DNA of 64,000 nt from Planctomycetota bacterium (GTDB lineage: Bacteria > Planctomycetota > SZUA-567 > H5-PLA8). The position numbers and the translations under genes are program-made. The stretch spans positions 1-64,000 of the forward strand of contig JBBRPR010000022.1 in NCBI GenBank assembly GCA_038227875.1, read 5' to 3'. Of this stretch, positions 36,474 through 45,568 are shown piece after piece (position 1 is the stretch's first letter; every line of letters starts with the position of its first letter). The notes beneath the pieces are model-generated. The model was given only the letters and a program-made list of their open reading frames with translations. It ran no database searches and was not told where the DNA came from.

Positions 36474-37061
36474 ATGATCATGTTGAAGTGGCTTATTCTC
36501 TTCGCTCTTGCTGTCGCCCTGGTCGATCCCTTTCTGCTTTACTACATCTATACGCAAGTGGGTGGATGGACGTGGGCGGTCTTTCTCGGTCCGATTTTCG
36601 TCGGCAATTTGCTCTCCAATCATCTCCGCATGAAAGCCGCCGCGGGCCAGGTCGATCCACTCAGCGCGATGGCCGAAGCGATGCTCGGCCCCATTGCCAA
36701 GATGATGCTGTGGTACCCCGGCCCGATTTCTTCGCTGTTCGGACTGCTGCTGCTCTTCCCCCCGACTCGAAAACTGGGCATCAAGATCGCCATGCGGCGA
36801 GCCATCTCGGCGTTCTCCGGGCCGAACGGAATGGCCGGCATGAACGGCATGAGCATGAATGGAATGGGGGGGATGAATGGATTCGGCGGACAAGTCAACA
36901 TGTGGAATGTTGGTGGCGCACCCAGTCAGAACAATCCGTTTCAAGGCATGAACGCCGGCGGATTCCGCAGTGCGCCCGTGCCACCCGGACAACTCAAGCG
37001 CACGGATGCCCGTGTGGTCGACGACGATGAACCACCTGTACGACCCCTGCTCCCCGAGTAA
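36474..37061 (+). CDS. fxsA: FxsA family membrane protein
   Basis: TM helices, YPGPISSLFGLLLLFPPTR motif, G/M/N-rich tail ending DARVVDD. Confidence 0.65.
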   Translation: MIMLKWLILFALAVALVDPFLLYYIYTQVGGWTWAVFLGPIFVGNLLSNHLRMKAAAGQVDPLSAMAEAMLGPIAKMMLWYPGPISSLFGLLLLFPPTRKLGIKIAMRRAISAFSGPNGMAGMNGMSMNGMGGMNGFGGQVNMWNVGGAPSQNNPFQGMNAGGFRSAPVPPGQLKRTDARVVDDDEPPVRPLLPE

Positions 37062-37064
37062 TCG

Positions 37065-37922
37065 ATGCTGACACGTTCGTTTTTACACATTCCAAGCATT
37101 GGACCCCGGCGCGAGCGGTCCATTTGGAACGATGGCATATTGTCATGGACCGATATGTTGAAGGACCGCGACCTCTTCGACGACGGTCCGGCTCCCGCGA
37201 TCGAAACCGCACTCGTCACGTCCCGTCAGAAACTGGCTGATGGCGACGCGCATTGGTTTGAAGCCGCTCTGGGCGCATCGGAATCCTGGCGCCTGGCCGC
37301 GGATTTCGACGACGGCCGCATCGCCTATCTCGACATCGAAACCGATGGCGGCGACGCCACGCAATCCCGCGATGGCGAAGAGCCCGGCGGCACGACTGTC
37401 TGCGCTGTCTGGGACGGCATTGAAGCGCGCGTCTTCCTGCGCAACCGTGATCTCGACCAGCTTCCGCAGTACCTCGCGAAGTACAAAGTGCTCTGCACAT
37501 TTAACGGGAAGACTTTCGACATTCCGTATCTGGAAGGCCGCTTCGGGAAAGATTTCTTTCCCGGCGCGCATCTCGACCTGCGCCCGATCACCGCGCAAGT
37601 CGGGCTGACCGGCGGCTTGAAGAAAATTGAGAAGCAGATCGGCATCGAGCGCCCGGCGAACATCCGCCGCTACACCGGCTACGACGCCGTGAAACTCTGG
37701 GGCGCTTACCGCCGCGGCCGCAAAGACGCACTGGAACCGCTGGCGCGTTACAATCTCGCCGACGCAGTCAATCTGCAAGCCGTGCTGCGCGTTGGCTACA
37801 ACTGGGCCGTCGCTCAGGACGAACTGCCGTTCCGCCGCCTCGATCCCACGCCGGCCGATCAGGTGCTCGAAGGCACGGAGCGCGGGATCAAGGAACTGAT
37901 GAGCGGCGTGCTGCGTCGGTAA
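37065..37922 (+). CDS. RNase H-like (YprB/RNase_H_2) 3'-5' exonuclease
   Basis: YLDIET, TFNGKTFDIPYL, HLDL, GGLKKIEK, YNLADAVNL. Confidence 0.88.
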   Translation: MLTRSFLHIPSIGPRRERSIWNDGILSWTDMLKDRDLFDDGPAPAIETALVTSRQKLADGDAHWFEAALGASESWRLAADFDDGRIAYLDIETDGGDATQSRDGEEPGGTTVCAVWDGIEARVFLRNRDLDQLPQYLAKYKVLCTFNGKTFDIPYLEGRFGKDFFPGAHLDLRPITAQVGLTGGLKKIEKQIGIERPANIRRYTGYDAVKLWGAYRRGRKDALEPLARYNLADAVNLQAVLRVGYNWAVAQDELPFRRLDPTPADQVLEGTERGIKELMSGVLRR

Positions 37923-37925
37923 ACT

Positions 37926-40142
37926 TCACGCGATCGTGATCGCGCCCGTCACCATGTCCGCATCTACTTTCACGCCGTTGTACTGAATGCTCACGCGATT
38001 TCCGCTGCGTTTCAGGTCGGGGAGTTCGCCGTTGACGGCGATCACCGAAAGGAAACGTCCCGCCGAACCGCTCGGCACATCCCAGCGCATGTGGTACTGC
38101 GTCGGGAACGTGACGTGATTTTCCTTGGCCACGCCTTCGTTCAGATCGACGCCGAACTTGTCGGTCATGCTGTACGCCGGGCGCGTTTCCGGGTGGAGCA
38201 CCACCATCTTCAGCGACGCCGGCGCGCGCTCAATGGAAATCACGCCATCGTTATCCGTCGGCGCTGAGAGCGCATGCGCCAGCCACGAGAACGATGCGGG
38301 CTTCGGCGTCTCGATGGCATCGTGGACGAGCACCAGGCCCGGGCGGATGAACGCGAATTTGCGGATGTACTTCGTCGACTGCGGATACGCGGCGGTGATG
38401 TCGACGGTGCTCGTCGCAAAGCGAGCGGTGTTCTCGAACGCGGTGATCGCTCCCGTTGCGGTGTGTTTCCGCGACGGCTGGCCTTCTCCATTAATCAGCA
38501 CGCAGTTGTGCGCGACGGTGTGATTGGTCCAGTCGAAGTGGTGCTTCGTGCCGTAGGTGAAGCCGAAGTAGCCGGTGGGCGAGATCAGTCCTTTTCCGCG
38601 GCTCATGATCGCAAAGCCGCCCTGGTCGGCGAGACGATGGCTGCCGTTGCCATACTTCGACGCGCGCACGAGCAGCGCAGTGTCATCGTCGGGATGCTGA
38701 ATGTCACTGTGCATCGAAACGAATCCCGAATCGCGAAATGCGCGGGCGTTCTCGACCGGTCCGGCGGCGTTGGGCCGCTTGGGCGCGTGGGTCGGCGGGA
38801 ACTGGTCGAGCAGATGAAGCTTGAAAATCTCCGGTACGCCGCACGTCCGCGCGAACTGTCGGGCAAGGTCCGGGCCAAAGCGCTCAGCGTAGACGCCGAA
38901 CGGATCCTGCGCATAGAAGCCCGGCCATTCCTCCGAATCCGGCAGCGACCAGTAGCCGTCGCAGAACGGATGGATCTCCCAGCCGGGAGGACTGAAGTGG
39001 GTGAAGAATTGCGAGACGTTCCAGTAAAACGGACTGTCGAGAAAGCTGAAGTTCGTCAGCCGTTCCACCGCGAAGAAAAACGGCAGGTACCACTTGGTGT
39101 AGCTGGTCGCGTAGAACGTGCCTTCCGCCCACCCGCCATCGCGCGTGCCGTAGTGCGGGAAGAACGAGCCGTAGACATCGAGCGCGAACTGCAACCACGA
39201 CGCGGAATCGGCAGCGGGAACGTGACCGTGCAGCACCAGCGCGATGTTGCCGAGGTACGCGGGCATGCGTCCAGCATGCGACGATCCGGGATTGGAGTAG
39301 AAGTTCATCGTTTCCAAGTGGCGCTTGATCGCCGCGCCCATCGATGCGAGTGTGTCGCGGATGTAGCGGTGTTCCTGCGGGGTGTAGAGATCGTACGTCC
39401 AGTCGTAGACCAGCGGCATGTTGCGCGCGTGGCTCAAACCCATTTCATCGCCCCACGGGCCGTCGACAGAGCACGGACCATCGGGATTCCAGTCGCACAT
39501 TTCCAGCAGCGTGGCGCGCGCGAACTGTCCGGCTTTCTTATCGCCGAGCAGGATGTAGCCCATGGCGCAGGACATCAGGTTGCGGTCGACGTAGACGCGG
39601 TGCCGCCCGACACATTCGCGGTCATTGAGCGCACCGGAGATCATCATGTCGTTGCGGTGAAAGTGCGGGCGCTGCACAAAGCCGTCCTTGTACGCCTGCT
39701 CGATGTTCCGCTTGAGCGTGGGAATCTTGTGTGCGTGGCGTTCGACGATCTGCGGGATGTCATTGGGAAAATACATCACGCGCGGATGCGAATTGGGAAG
39801 CTTGCCCAGGATTTCTTCCGCGGTGGGAACGATGCGCGGCGTCGCGTCGGCGGTCACTGTGAACGACCACCAGCCGCGGCTGCGCTCGCCGGCGCGGACA
39901 TCCCAGCGGTACTTTCCCGGCGGCAGAATCTCGCGTGGCACGAAGATGTTGTTTGGCGAGGTCGCGTCGAGCACCGTTTCGCCGCGGTCGTTCTCCACCA
40001 GCACGCGGTATGCGGAGACACAGTCGACCGCCAGCCAGACTAGCGGCGGCGGCGAGATCGGCATCACCGCGCCGTCTTCGGGCGTCGGAAACAGCGCGGT
40101 GGGATTAATGCGATCCTGCGGCAATACGGTCGACGTGCTCAT
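37926..40142 (-). CDS. DUF4962 / heparinase II/III-like polysaccharide lyase
   Basis: N-terminal Ig-like PPPLVW domain, HPR, DGGWAEGTFY, SHRLADQGGF, TVAHNCVLINGEGQ. Confidence 0.85.
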   Translation of the reverse strand: MSTSTVLPQDRINPTALFPTPEDGAVMPISPPPLVWLAVDCVSAYRVLVENDRGETVLDATSPNNIFVPREILPPGKYRWDVRAGERSRGWWSFTVTADATPRIVPTAEEILGKLPNSHPRVMYFPNDIPQIVERHAHKIPTLKRNIEQAYKDGFVQRPHFHRNDMMISGALNDRECVGRHRVYVDRNLMSCAMGYILLGDKKAGQFARATLLEMCDWNPDGPCSVDGPWGDEMGLSHARNMPLVYDWTYDLYTPQEHRYIRDTLASMGAAIKRHLETMNFYSNPGSSHAGRMPAYLGNIALVLHGHVPAADSASWLQFALDVYGSFFPHYGTRDGGWAEGTFYATSYTKWYLPFFFAVERLTNFSFLDSPFYWNVSQFFTHFSPPGWEIHPFCDGYWSLPDSEEWPGFYAQDPFGVYAERFGPDLARQFARTCGVPEIFKLHLLDQFPPTHAPKRPNAAGPVENARAFRDSGFVSMHSDIQHPDDDTALLVRASKYGNGSHRLADQGGFAIMSRGKGLISPTGYFGFTYGTKHHFDWTNHTVAHNCVLINGEGQPSRKHTATGAITAFENTARFATSTVDITAAYPQSTKYIRKFAFIRPGLVLVHDAIETPKPASFSWLAHALSAPTDNDGVISIERAPASLKMVVLHPETRPAYSMTDKFGVDLNEGVAKENHVTFPTQYHMRWDVPSGSAGRFLSVIAVNGELPDLKRSGNRVSIQYNGVKVDADMVTGAITIA

Positions 40143-40179
40143 CAACAGTTCCCTTTCAAGGAGTGCGTTTTTCAGAAGT

Positions 40180-40731
40180 TCAAGATTTGAACCAGATGTA
40201 TTCGCCAGTCTCCGCATCGATGCGGCCGATCTGTTTGGCGGGCGTGCCGGCCATGATCGCGTAGTCGGGAGTCGGCTTGGTGATCACCGAGTTGGCGCAG
40301 ATCAGGTTGCATTTGCCGATGTTCGAGCCGGAGGTCACGGTCACACCCGACGCCAGCCAGCTACCGTCGCCGATCACGATTCCGAGGTCGTCCTTGGCGC
40401 GGTCGACAGTAAAGTTCTGCAGCTTGGGGCTGAAGAGATGGTTGCCGCCGGCGATCGAGCAGTGCGGTCCGATCAGAACGTTTTCACCGATCTTGACGAT
40501 GCCGTTGACGTAGCAATGCAGGCCCACGTAGGAGTTCCGGCCAATGCCGCCGGGCGCGCGAATGCGGATCACCGCGCCGGGCGCAATGCGGACGTCCTCG
40601 TTTTTGAAGCCGAGGATCAACGCGCGATTGCGGTTGTCGATGGCGTTGTCGGAACGGCTGCTGTACATCGTGAATTTTTCGAACTCTTCACGCGACAAGC
40701 CGGTCTGGGTTTCCCACGCGTCCACTTTCAT
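40180..40731 (-). CDS. hexapeptide-repeat (left-handed beta-helix) O-acyltransferase
   Basis: KIGENVLIGPHCSI, GNH, IVIGDGSWL, AGTPAKQI; GAAGGAG RBS. Confidence 0.88.
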   Translation of the reverse strand: MKVDAWETQTGLSREEFEKFTMYSSRSDNAIDNRNRALILGFKNEDVRIAPGAVIRIRAPGGIGRNSYVGLHCYVNGIVKIGENVLIGPHCSIAGGNHLFSPKLQNFTVDRAKDDLGIVIGDGSWLASGVTVTSGSNIGKCNLICANSVITKPTPDYAIMAGTPAKQIGRIDAETGEYIWFKS

Positions 40732-40814
40732 GCTTAAAACTCCTTCTGATGTTCCCGGCGCTTGCTTCTCCACTTGCGATGATTTATCAATACCCGCTAT
40801 CAAGAGGGGAAGAA

Positions 40815-41705
40815 ATGGCGAAACAGCCGCTCGATTTGTCAAAATCGCTGATTCCAGATCCGGAGCCGGATGCGGCTGGCGGGCTCCTGACAGGTGCTCA
40901 GGGCGTTCAGCCCCTCAGTTGCCTCTACCTTTACCACGGCGTCGTCTCGTTTTCGCAGCGGCGCGAAGTGCCGCTGCACACACATCCGTTCTGGCATCTC
41001 GATATCCAGATGTTCGGTACCGCGACGCTGCTGAGCCGCAGCGGCAGGCGGCCAATTGCACGCGGCGCCGTCTACTTCATTCCCGCCGACGTACCGCACG
41101 GATTTTCGTACCCGGGGCGCCGCTCGGAATTCTTAACGCTAAAAGTAGCCGTGATGGGCCGCGCCGGTGGCACAGAGGCGCTCTTCGCTAAGCCGACGCC
41201 GACCGTACTGGGACTCCGTCGTGCGCTGGTCGATGCCACGCCGCGCACCGGCACACCCAGTCGCGCACAGCAGACGACCATCGAGCTGCTGACGTCAGCG
41301 CTGATTTCCCACTGCTACCCGGAGGCCCCCGCCCCGCCCGTCCATTCCACGCCGCTGGTCGCAGGCATCAAAGAATTTGTCAGCCGCGCGCAGGGGCGCG
41401 TGCCGAGCGTCAAGCAGGTCGCGCGGCACATGGGCTATTCGATCAGCCACATCGCGGCTCGTTTTCGCGAGAGCGAAGGCGTGGCGCTGAAATCCTGGCT
41501 CGACACAGAACGTTGCCGGCACGCCAGCTGGCTGATGGTGTATTCAGATCAGAGCGTCGGCGAAGTAGCGGAAGCGCTGGAGTTCGGCGACATCTACTCG
41601 TTCTCGCGGTTTTTCAAACGGCTGAGCGGCGCAAGCCCCACCGAGTTCCGGGCGAACATGCTGAAAAAGCTGACGAGCGAACAGGGCAATCAAGGGCAGC
41701 CGTGA
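40815..41705 (+). CDS. AraC family transcriptional regulator with cupin sensor
   Basis: LHTHPFWHL, VGEVAEALEFGDIYSFSRFFKRLSGASP. Confidence 0.92.
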   Translation: MAKQPLDLSKSLIPDPEPDAAGGLLTGAQGVQPLSCLYLYHGVVSFSQRREVPLHTHPFWHLDIQMFGTATLLSRSGRRPIARGAVYFIPADVPHGFSYPGRRSEFLTLKVAVMGRAGGTEALFAKPTPTVLGLRRALVDATPRTGTPSRAQQTTIELLTSALISHCYPEAPAPPVHSTPLVAGIKEFVSRAQGRVPSVKQVARHMGYSISHIAARFRESEGVALKSWLDTERCRHASWLMVYSDQSVGEVAEALEFGDIYSFSRFFKRLSGASPTEFRANMLKKLTSEQGNQGQP

Positions 41706-41778
41706 TATTTGCAGGTTGTCGCAAATTCAACGGCGCTTAAGCTCAAGCCTCGCGTTCACGATGAATTTGGAGAGACGC

Positions 41779-42882
41779 ATGAAACCGATTCGCATGGCCC
41801 TGGTGGGCGGATTTCTGGGTGCAGGCAAGACGACGCTGCTGGCCAACGCCGGCAAGCGCCTCGCCGCTCGGGGGCTCAACGTCGGCTTCATCACCAACGA
41901 TCAGGCCGCCGATCTGGTCGACACGGCGCTGCTGAAAGAGACCGGTATCGAAGTGAAGGAAGTTGCCGGCGCGTGCTTCTGCTGCAAATTCGACGACCTG
42001 ATCTCGCGCACGGAAGAACTCTACGCCAACCTTAAACCTGACGTACTGCTCAGCGAACCGGTCGGCAGCTGCACCGATCTTTCCGCGACGGTGCTCCAGC
42101 CCATCAAGCGCTTCTTCGGCGAACGCTTCCGCGTCGCGCCGTTCACGGTCGTGGTCGATCCAACGCGCTTGAAGGAACTGTTCTCCGGCGTTGAGAGCAT
42201 CTTCAGCAGCAACGTCATGTACGTCTACTCGAAGCAGCTCGAAGAAGCCGACGTCATTCTGCTCAACAAGATCGATCAGCTCAGCGAGACGGAAACCGCG
42301 GCGCTGTTGCAGCAGATCACGGCGCGTTTCCCCAACGCGAGCGCGATGGCGATCTCGGGGCTGAACGGTACGGGGCTCGACGCATGGCTGGACGTGATGC
42401 TCTCCGACCGGCCGTCGGGAAAGAACATTCTGGAAATCGATTACGACCGCTACGCCGATGGCGAGGCGGTGCTCGGTTGGCTCAATGCGTCGGTGAAGCT
42501 CAACGCCGGAAATCCGAAGGCGTGGCGCGAATTCGCATTTGAGCTGCTGCGGACATTCAAGGCCGAATTCAAAACGCAGAACGCGGAGATCGCGCACCTC
42601 AAATTATTCCTTAACGCCGACGGTACCGGACTGGTCGGAAATCTGACCAGCACGCGCGGGATGCCGTTTGTGATGGTGACGGGAAAGTCCGGCGACCCGA
42701 CGAACGCGGCGCTGCTAATCCTCAACGCGCGCGTCCACGGCACGCCGCAGCAATTGCGCGCCACGGTCGAGCGCGTGCTGAACGCGCTTCCGGCGCAGGG
42801 GATCCAAGTTGAAGTGGTGAACATCGAATGCTTCAGCCCGGGAAGACCGATGCCAACGCACCGGCTCAAAGCGGAGGTTTAA
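41779..42882 (+). CDS. CobW/HypB/UreG (G3E) metallochaperone-type GTPase
   Basis: GGFLGAGKTT, GACFCC, EPVGSC, QLEEADVILLNKID. Confidence 0.88.
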   Translation: MKPIRMALVGGFLGAGKTTLLANAGKRLAARGLNVGFITNDQAADLVDTALLKETGIEVKEVAGACFCCKFDDLISRTEELYANLKPDVLLSEPVGSCTDLSATVLQPIKRFFGERFRVAPFTVVVDPTRLKELFSGVESIFSSNVMYVYSKQLEEADVILLNKIDQLSETETAALLQQITARFPNASAMAISGLNGTGLDAWLDVMLSDRPSGKNILEIDYDRYADGEAVLGWLNASVKLNAGNPKAWREFAFELLRTFKAEFKTQNAEIAHLKLFLNADGTGLVGNLTSTRGMPFVMVTGKSGDPTNAALLILNARVHGTPQQLRATVERVLNALPAQGIQVEVVNIECFSPGRPMPTHRLKAEV

Positions 42883-43103
42883 TTTTTTTCGCGGCGAGCC
42901 CTTTGTAGTCCGGGCGTCTCGCCCGGAGTCACATTTCATAGGTTAAATTGGCGATTGGTTCGATGGATTTTCTAGATTCGAAGCAGTTCGTCTTTGTGCT
43001 TCGCGGCAGAGAGTCGGATGTTGACGGGTCAGATATTTTTTGACTTCGGTTACGATTTCCGGGCGAGACGCCCGGACTACAAAGGGCGTCTCGCCGCGGA
43101 AAA
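42883..43103. repeat. inverted pair of GTAG-family REP sequences (REPIN-like) between convergent genes
   Basis: GTAG-TCCGGGCG-TCT-CGCCCGGA at 42905-42927 and its exact reverse complement at 43058-43080, with extended inverted flanks. Confidence 0.85.
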
Positions 43104-43117
43104 TTACGCTTACAACG

Positions 43118-43876
43118 TTACTTCTTCCCCGACGCCAGCTTGTTTGACGTGAGATACGCATAGCTGTCGCGCACGGCTTGCATCATGTCGGTGGCGCAGC
43201 GGTCGAGTTCGATCGGCAGCGCTGCGCAGTTGCCGGCGGCTTCCGCGGCGTGGATGCAGTCGGCGACAGGGACGTCACCTTTACCCACGGCGACCATGTC
43301 CAGATTCGGTTCGCGCTTGTTGGCCGGGCCGTCCTTGACATGGAGGAAGCGGATGCGCTTGCCGTAGCGCTTGATGTATTCCGCCGGCTTGCCACCGCCG
43401 CACTGGGCCCAGTAAATGTCGAGCTCCAGATGCGCGCGCGGGCAGAGTTCCAGCAACTTGTCGTAGCGCGGCGTATGGAACTCCCACCAGTGGTTGTGCA
43501 GCGAAACAGTGAAACCCTTCGGCACAAAATAATCGAGCGCCGCATTCAGATCGTCGGCGGTCTTCTTAAGAATCTCGTCGTTCTCAAAGACGTTCTGACC
43601 GTAGCCGTTGATCACATCTTTGACGCCCACCACGCCTGCGTCTTCGACCAGCTGCGGCCGCTTCTGCGCGTCGAGAATCGGACCCCAGAGCGCGCTGACC
43701 TTCAAGCCCAGCTCATCGAGCTCGGGCTTCACGGCCTTCGCGGTCTTGCCAAAAAAATCACCCATTTCCACATGGCCATACCCGATTTCTGAAATCGTCT
43801 TCAGCACCGAATGGTAGCCCTGCGTTTTGATCAGCTCACGAACGGTATAGAGCTGAATCGAGATCGGCAACGCCAT
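43118..43876 (-). CDS. sugar phosphate isomerase/epimerase (TIM barrel)
   Basis: SIQLYTVRE, LHNHWWEF, ELDIYW, LHVKDG, IELD; AAGGAG RBS. Confidence 0.9.
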   Translation of the reverse strand: MALPISIQLYTVRELIKTQGYHSVLKTISEIGYGHVEMGDFFGKTAKAVKPELDELGLKVSALWGPILDAQKRPQLVEDAGVVGVKDVINGYGQNVFENDEILKKTADDLNAALDYFVPKGFTVSLHNHWWEFHTPRYDKLLELCPRAHLELDIYWAQCGGGKPAEYIKRYGKRIRFLHVKDGPANKREPNLDMVAVGKGDVPVADCIHAAEAAGNCAALPIELDRCATDMMQAVRDSYAYLTSNKLASGKK

Positions 43877-44027
43877 CGTCTGCTCCTTAAAAGGTAGAAT
43901 TGGACAACAGGAATGCATAAAGCGTGTGCGCGAGCAGCTTCGGCGTCAAGCGACGCTTGAGCGGACACCTCGTGGCAAATTTGCGACAAGGTAAATCGCG
44001 TCAAATTCTTACATTGTGCGCGATTCC

Positions 44028-44049
44028 GTGGTTGCAAATTTGCAACCAC
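44028..44049. promoter_or_regulatory. perfect 22-bp palindrome, possible operator
   Basis: GTGGTTGCAAA|TTTGCAACCAC; core GCAAATTTGC repeated at 43975-43984. Confidence 0.45.
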
Positions 44050-44090
44050 CAAAAACCACTGAATTGCGGACACTGAGCTACGCGCTAGGT

Positions 44091-45545
44091 TCAGGGCGTC
44101 GGAGCCACAACCGAGACGGGAACGCCTTCGACCATTCGTTCATTGGGCGCGGCGACGACGTCGTCCTTCTCGTCCAGCCCGGCGGTCACGGTATAGGTCG
44201 AACCGAAATCGGTTTCGACGGTCACTTTCTGAAAGTGGACCTTGCCGTCGCGGACCGTGATGACCTGCGTGCCATCGGCGTTCACCACCAGCGTGCTGCC
44301 GGGGAGAATCAGCGGCGGCGTGGTGCTCAGCACGGCCAGCTTGACCTGCGCGTACATGCCGGCGAGGAGTTCGCCGCTCTTGTTGGGAATCTGGATTTCC
44401 GTGCGAAGCGTGCGCGACGCGATGTCGATGGCGTGAGCGGTGCGGACGACCGTGCCGGTGTACTTGTTCGCCGGGAATTCGCGGACGAGCAATTGCACGT
44501 TCTGCCCTTCCTTGACCGTCGGCGCGTACGCTTGCGGCACATCGAGGAAGACGCGGACGGGATCGGTGCAGGCGAGGTGGAAGAGCGGCTGCGCGTTGGT
44601 GCCGCTGCCGGCGGTGATCAGCGCGCCCTCTTCGGCCTGGCGCGCGGTGATCGTGCCGTCGAATGGCGCGGTCACGCGTTCGAACGATTGCAGCACTTCC
44701 AGGCGCCGCACGTTGGATTCGGCCGCGTTGACGTTGGCTTGCGCCGCATTGATGTTCGCCTTCGAGGCCACGATCGTCGCCTCGGCCGATTGCACGGCGG
44801 CCTCGTCGGCGTTCACGGCAGCCTTGGTGGTTTTCACATCGGTCTCGCGCTGGGAGATATCCTGCTCGGAAACGCTGTTGGTGCCGCGCAGATTTTCGTA
44901 GCGCTTCATCGTCACTTCGGCATTGCCGGCCGTCGCCTGCGCGTTGACCAGGTCGGCCTTGGAGCGCTCCAGCGCAGCGTTCGACTGTTCCAACGCCGCA
45001 CGCGATTGCTCCAGTGCCGCTCGCGTTTGCTGCAGCGAGGCGCGAGCCTGTTCCAATTGCATGTCCACTTCCGGTGAATCGATCTCGGCCAGCAGTTGTC
45101 CGGTCTTGACGCTGTCGCCGATGTCGACCTTCCAATGCTTCAAATACCCAGTGGTCCGCGCATAGAGCGTGGTCTCGCGGACGGCTTCGATCTGACCGGG
45201 CAGCAGCGCGTCGTTGCTGACAGGCGCGCGTTTGGCGTTGACTGTGGTAACGCGGATCGCCGCGGTCTTAATGTGCTCGGCGTCTTCCGTCAGGCGCGAT
45301 TCGCGCGCTTTCAGCGGCATCCAGCCCAGCATGAACAATCCACCAAATACGCCAAGCGCGACGATGAAAATCAGGAGAATCCAAACGGCTTTCGGACGGC
45401 TGGTTTTCTGCAGTGTGAAATCGGGTTCATGCTCCGTCGCGGCGTGTTTCTGCGCGGGAGCCTGAGGCGCCGGCGTGGCTGCCGCCGATGACGTATGTTC
45501 GGCTTCCGATTTCATCATCCGCACCGAAGAAGGACTATGCCCCAT
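44091..45545 (-). CDS. RND efflux periplasmic adaptor (MFP)
   Basis: TM anchor, LYARTTGYL..VDIGDSVKTGQLLAEI, long coiled coil, VTAPFDGTI. Confidence 0.93.
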   Translation of the reverse strand: MGHSPSSVRMMKSEAEHTSSAAATPAPQAPAQKHAATEHEPDFTLQKTSRPKAVWILLIFIVALGVFGGLFMLGWMPLKARESRLTEDAEHIKTAAIRVTTVNAKRAPVSNDALLPGQIEAVRETTLYARTTGYLKHWKVDIGDSVKTGQLLAEIDSPEVDMQLEQARASLQQTRAALEQSRAALEQSNAALERSKADLVNAQATAGNAEVTMKRYENLRGTNSVSEQDISQRETDVKTTKAAVNADEAAVQSAEATIVASKANINAAQANVNAAESNVRRLEVLQSFERVTAPFDGTITARQAEEGALITAGSGTNAQPLFHLACTDPVRVFLDVPQAYAPTVKEGQNVQLLVREFPANKYTGTVVRTAHAIDIASRTLRTEIQIPNKSGELLAGMYAQVKLAVLSTTPPLILPGSTLVVNADGTQVITVRDGKVHFQKVTVETDFGSTYTVTAGLDEKDDVVAAPNERMVEGVPVSVVAPTP

Positions 45546-45568
45546 GGCTGAACTCCGTCAGAATTGAA

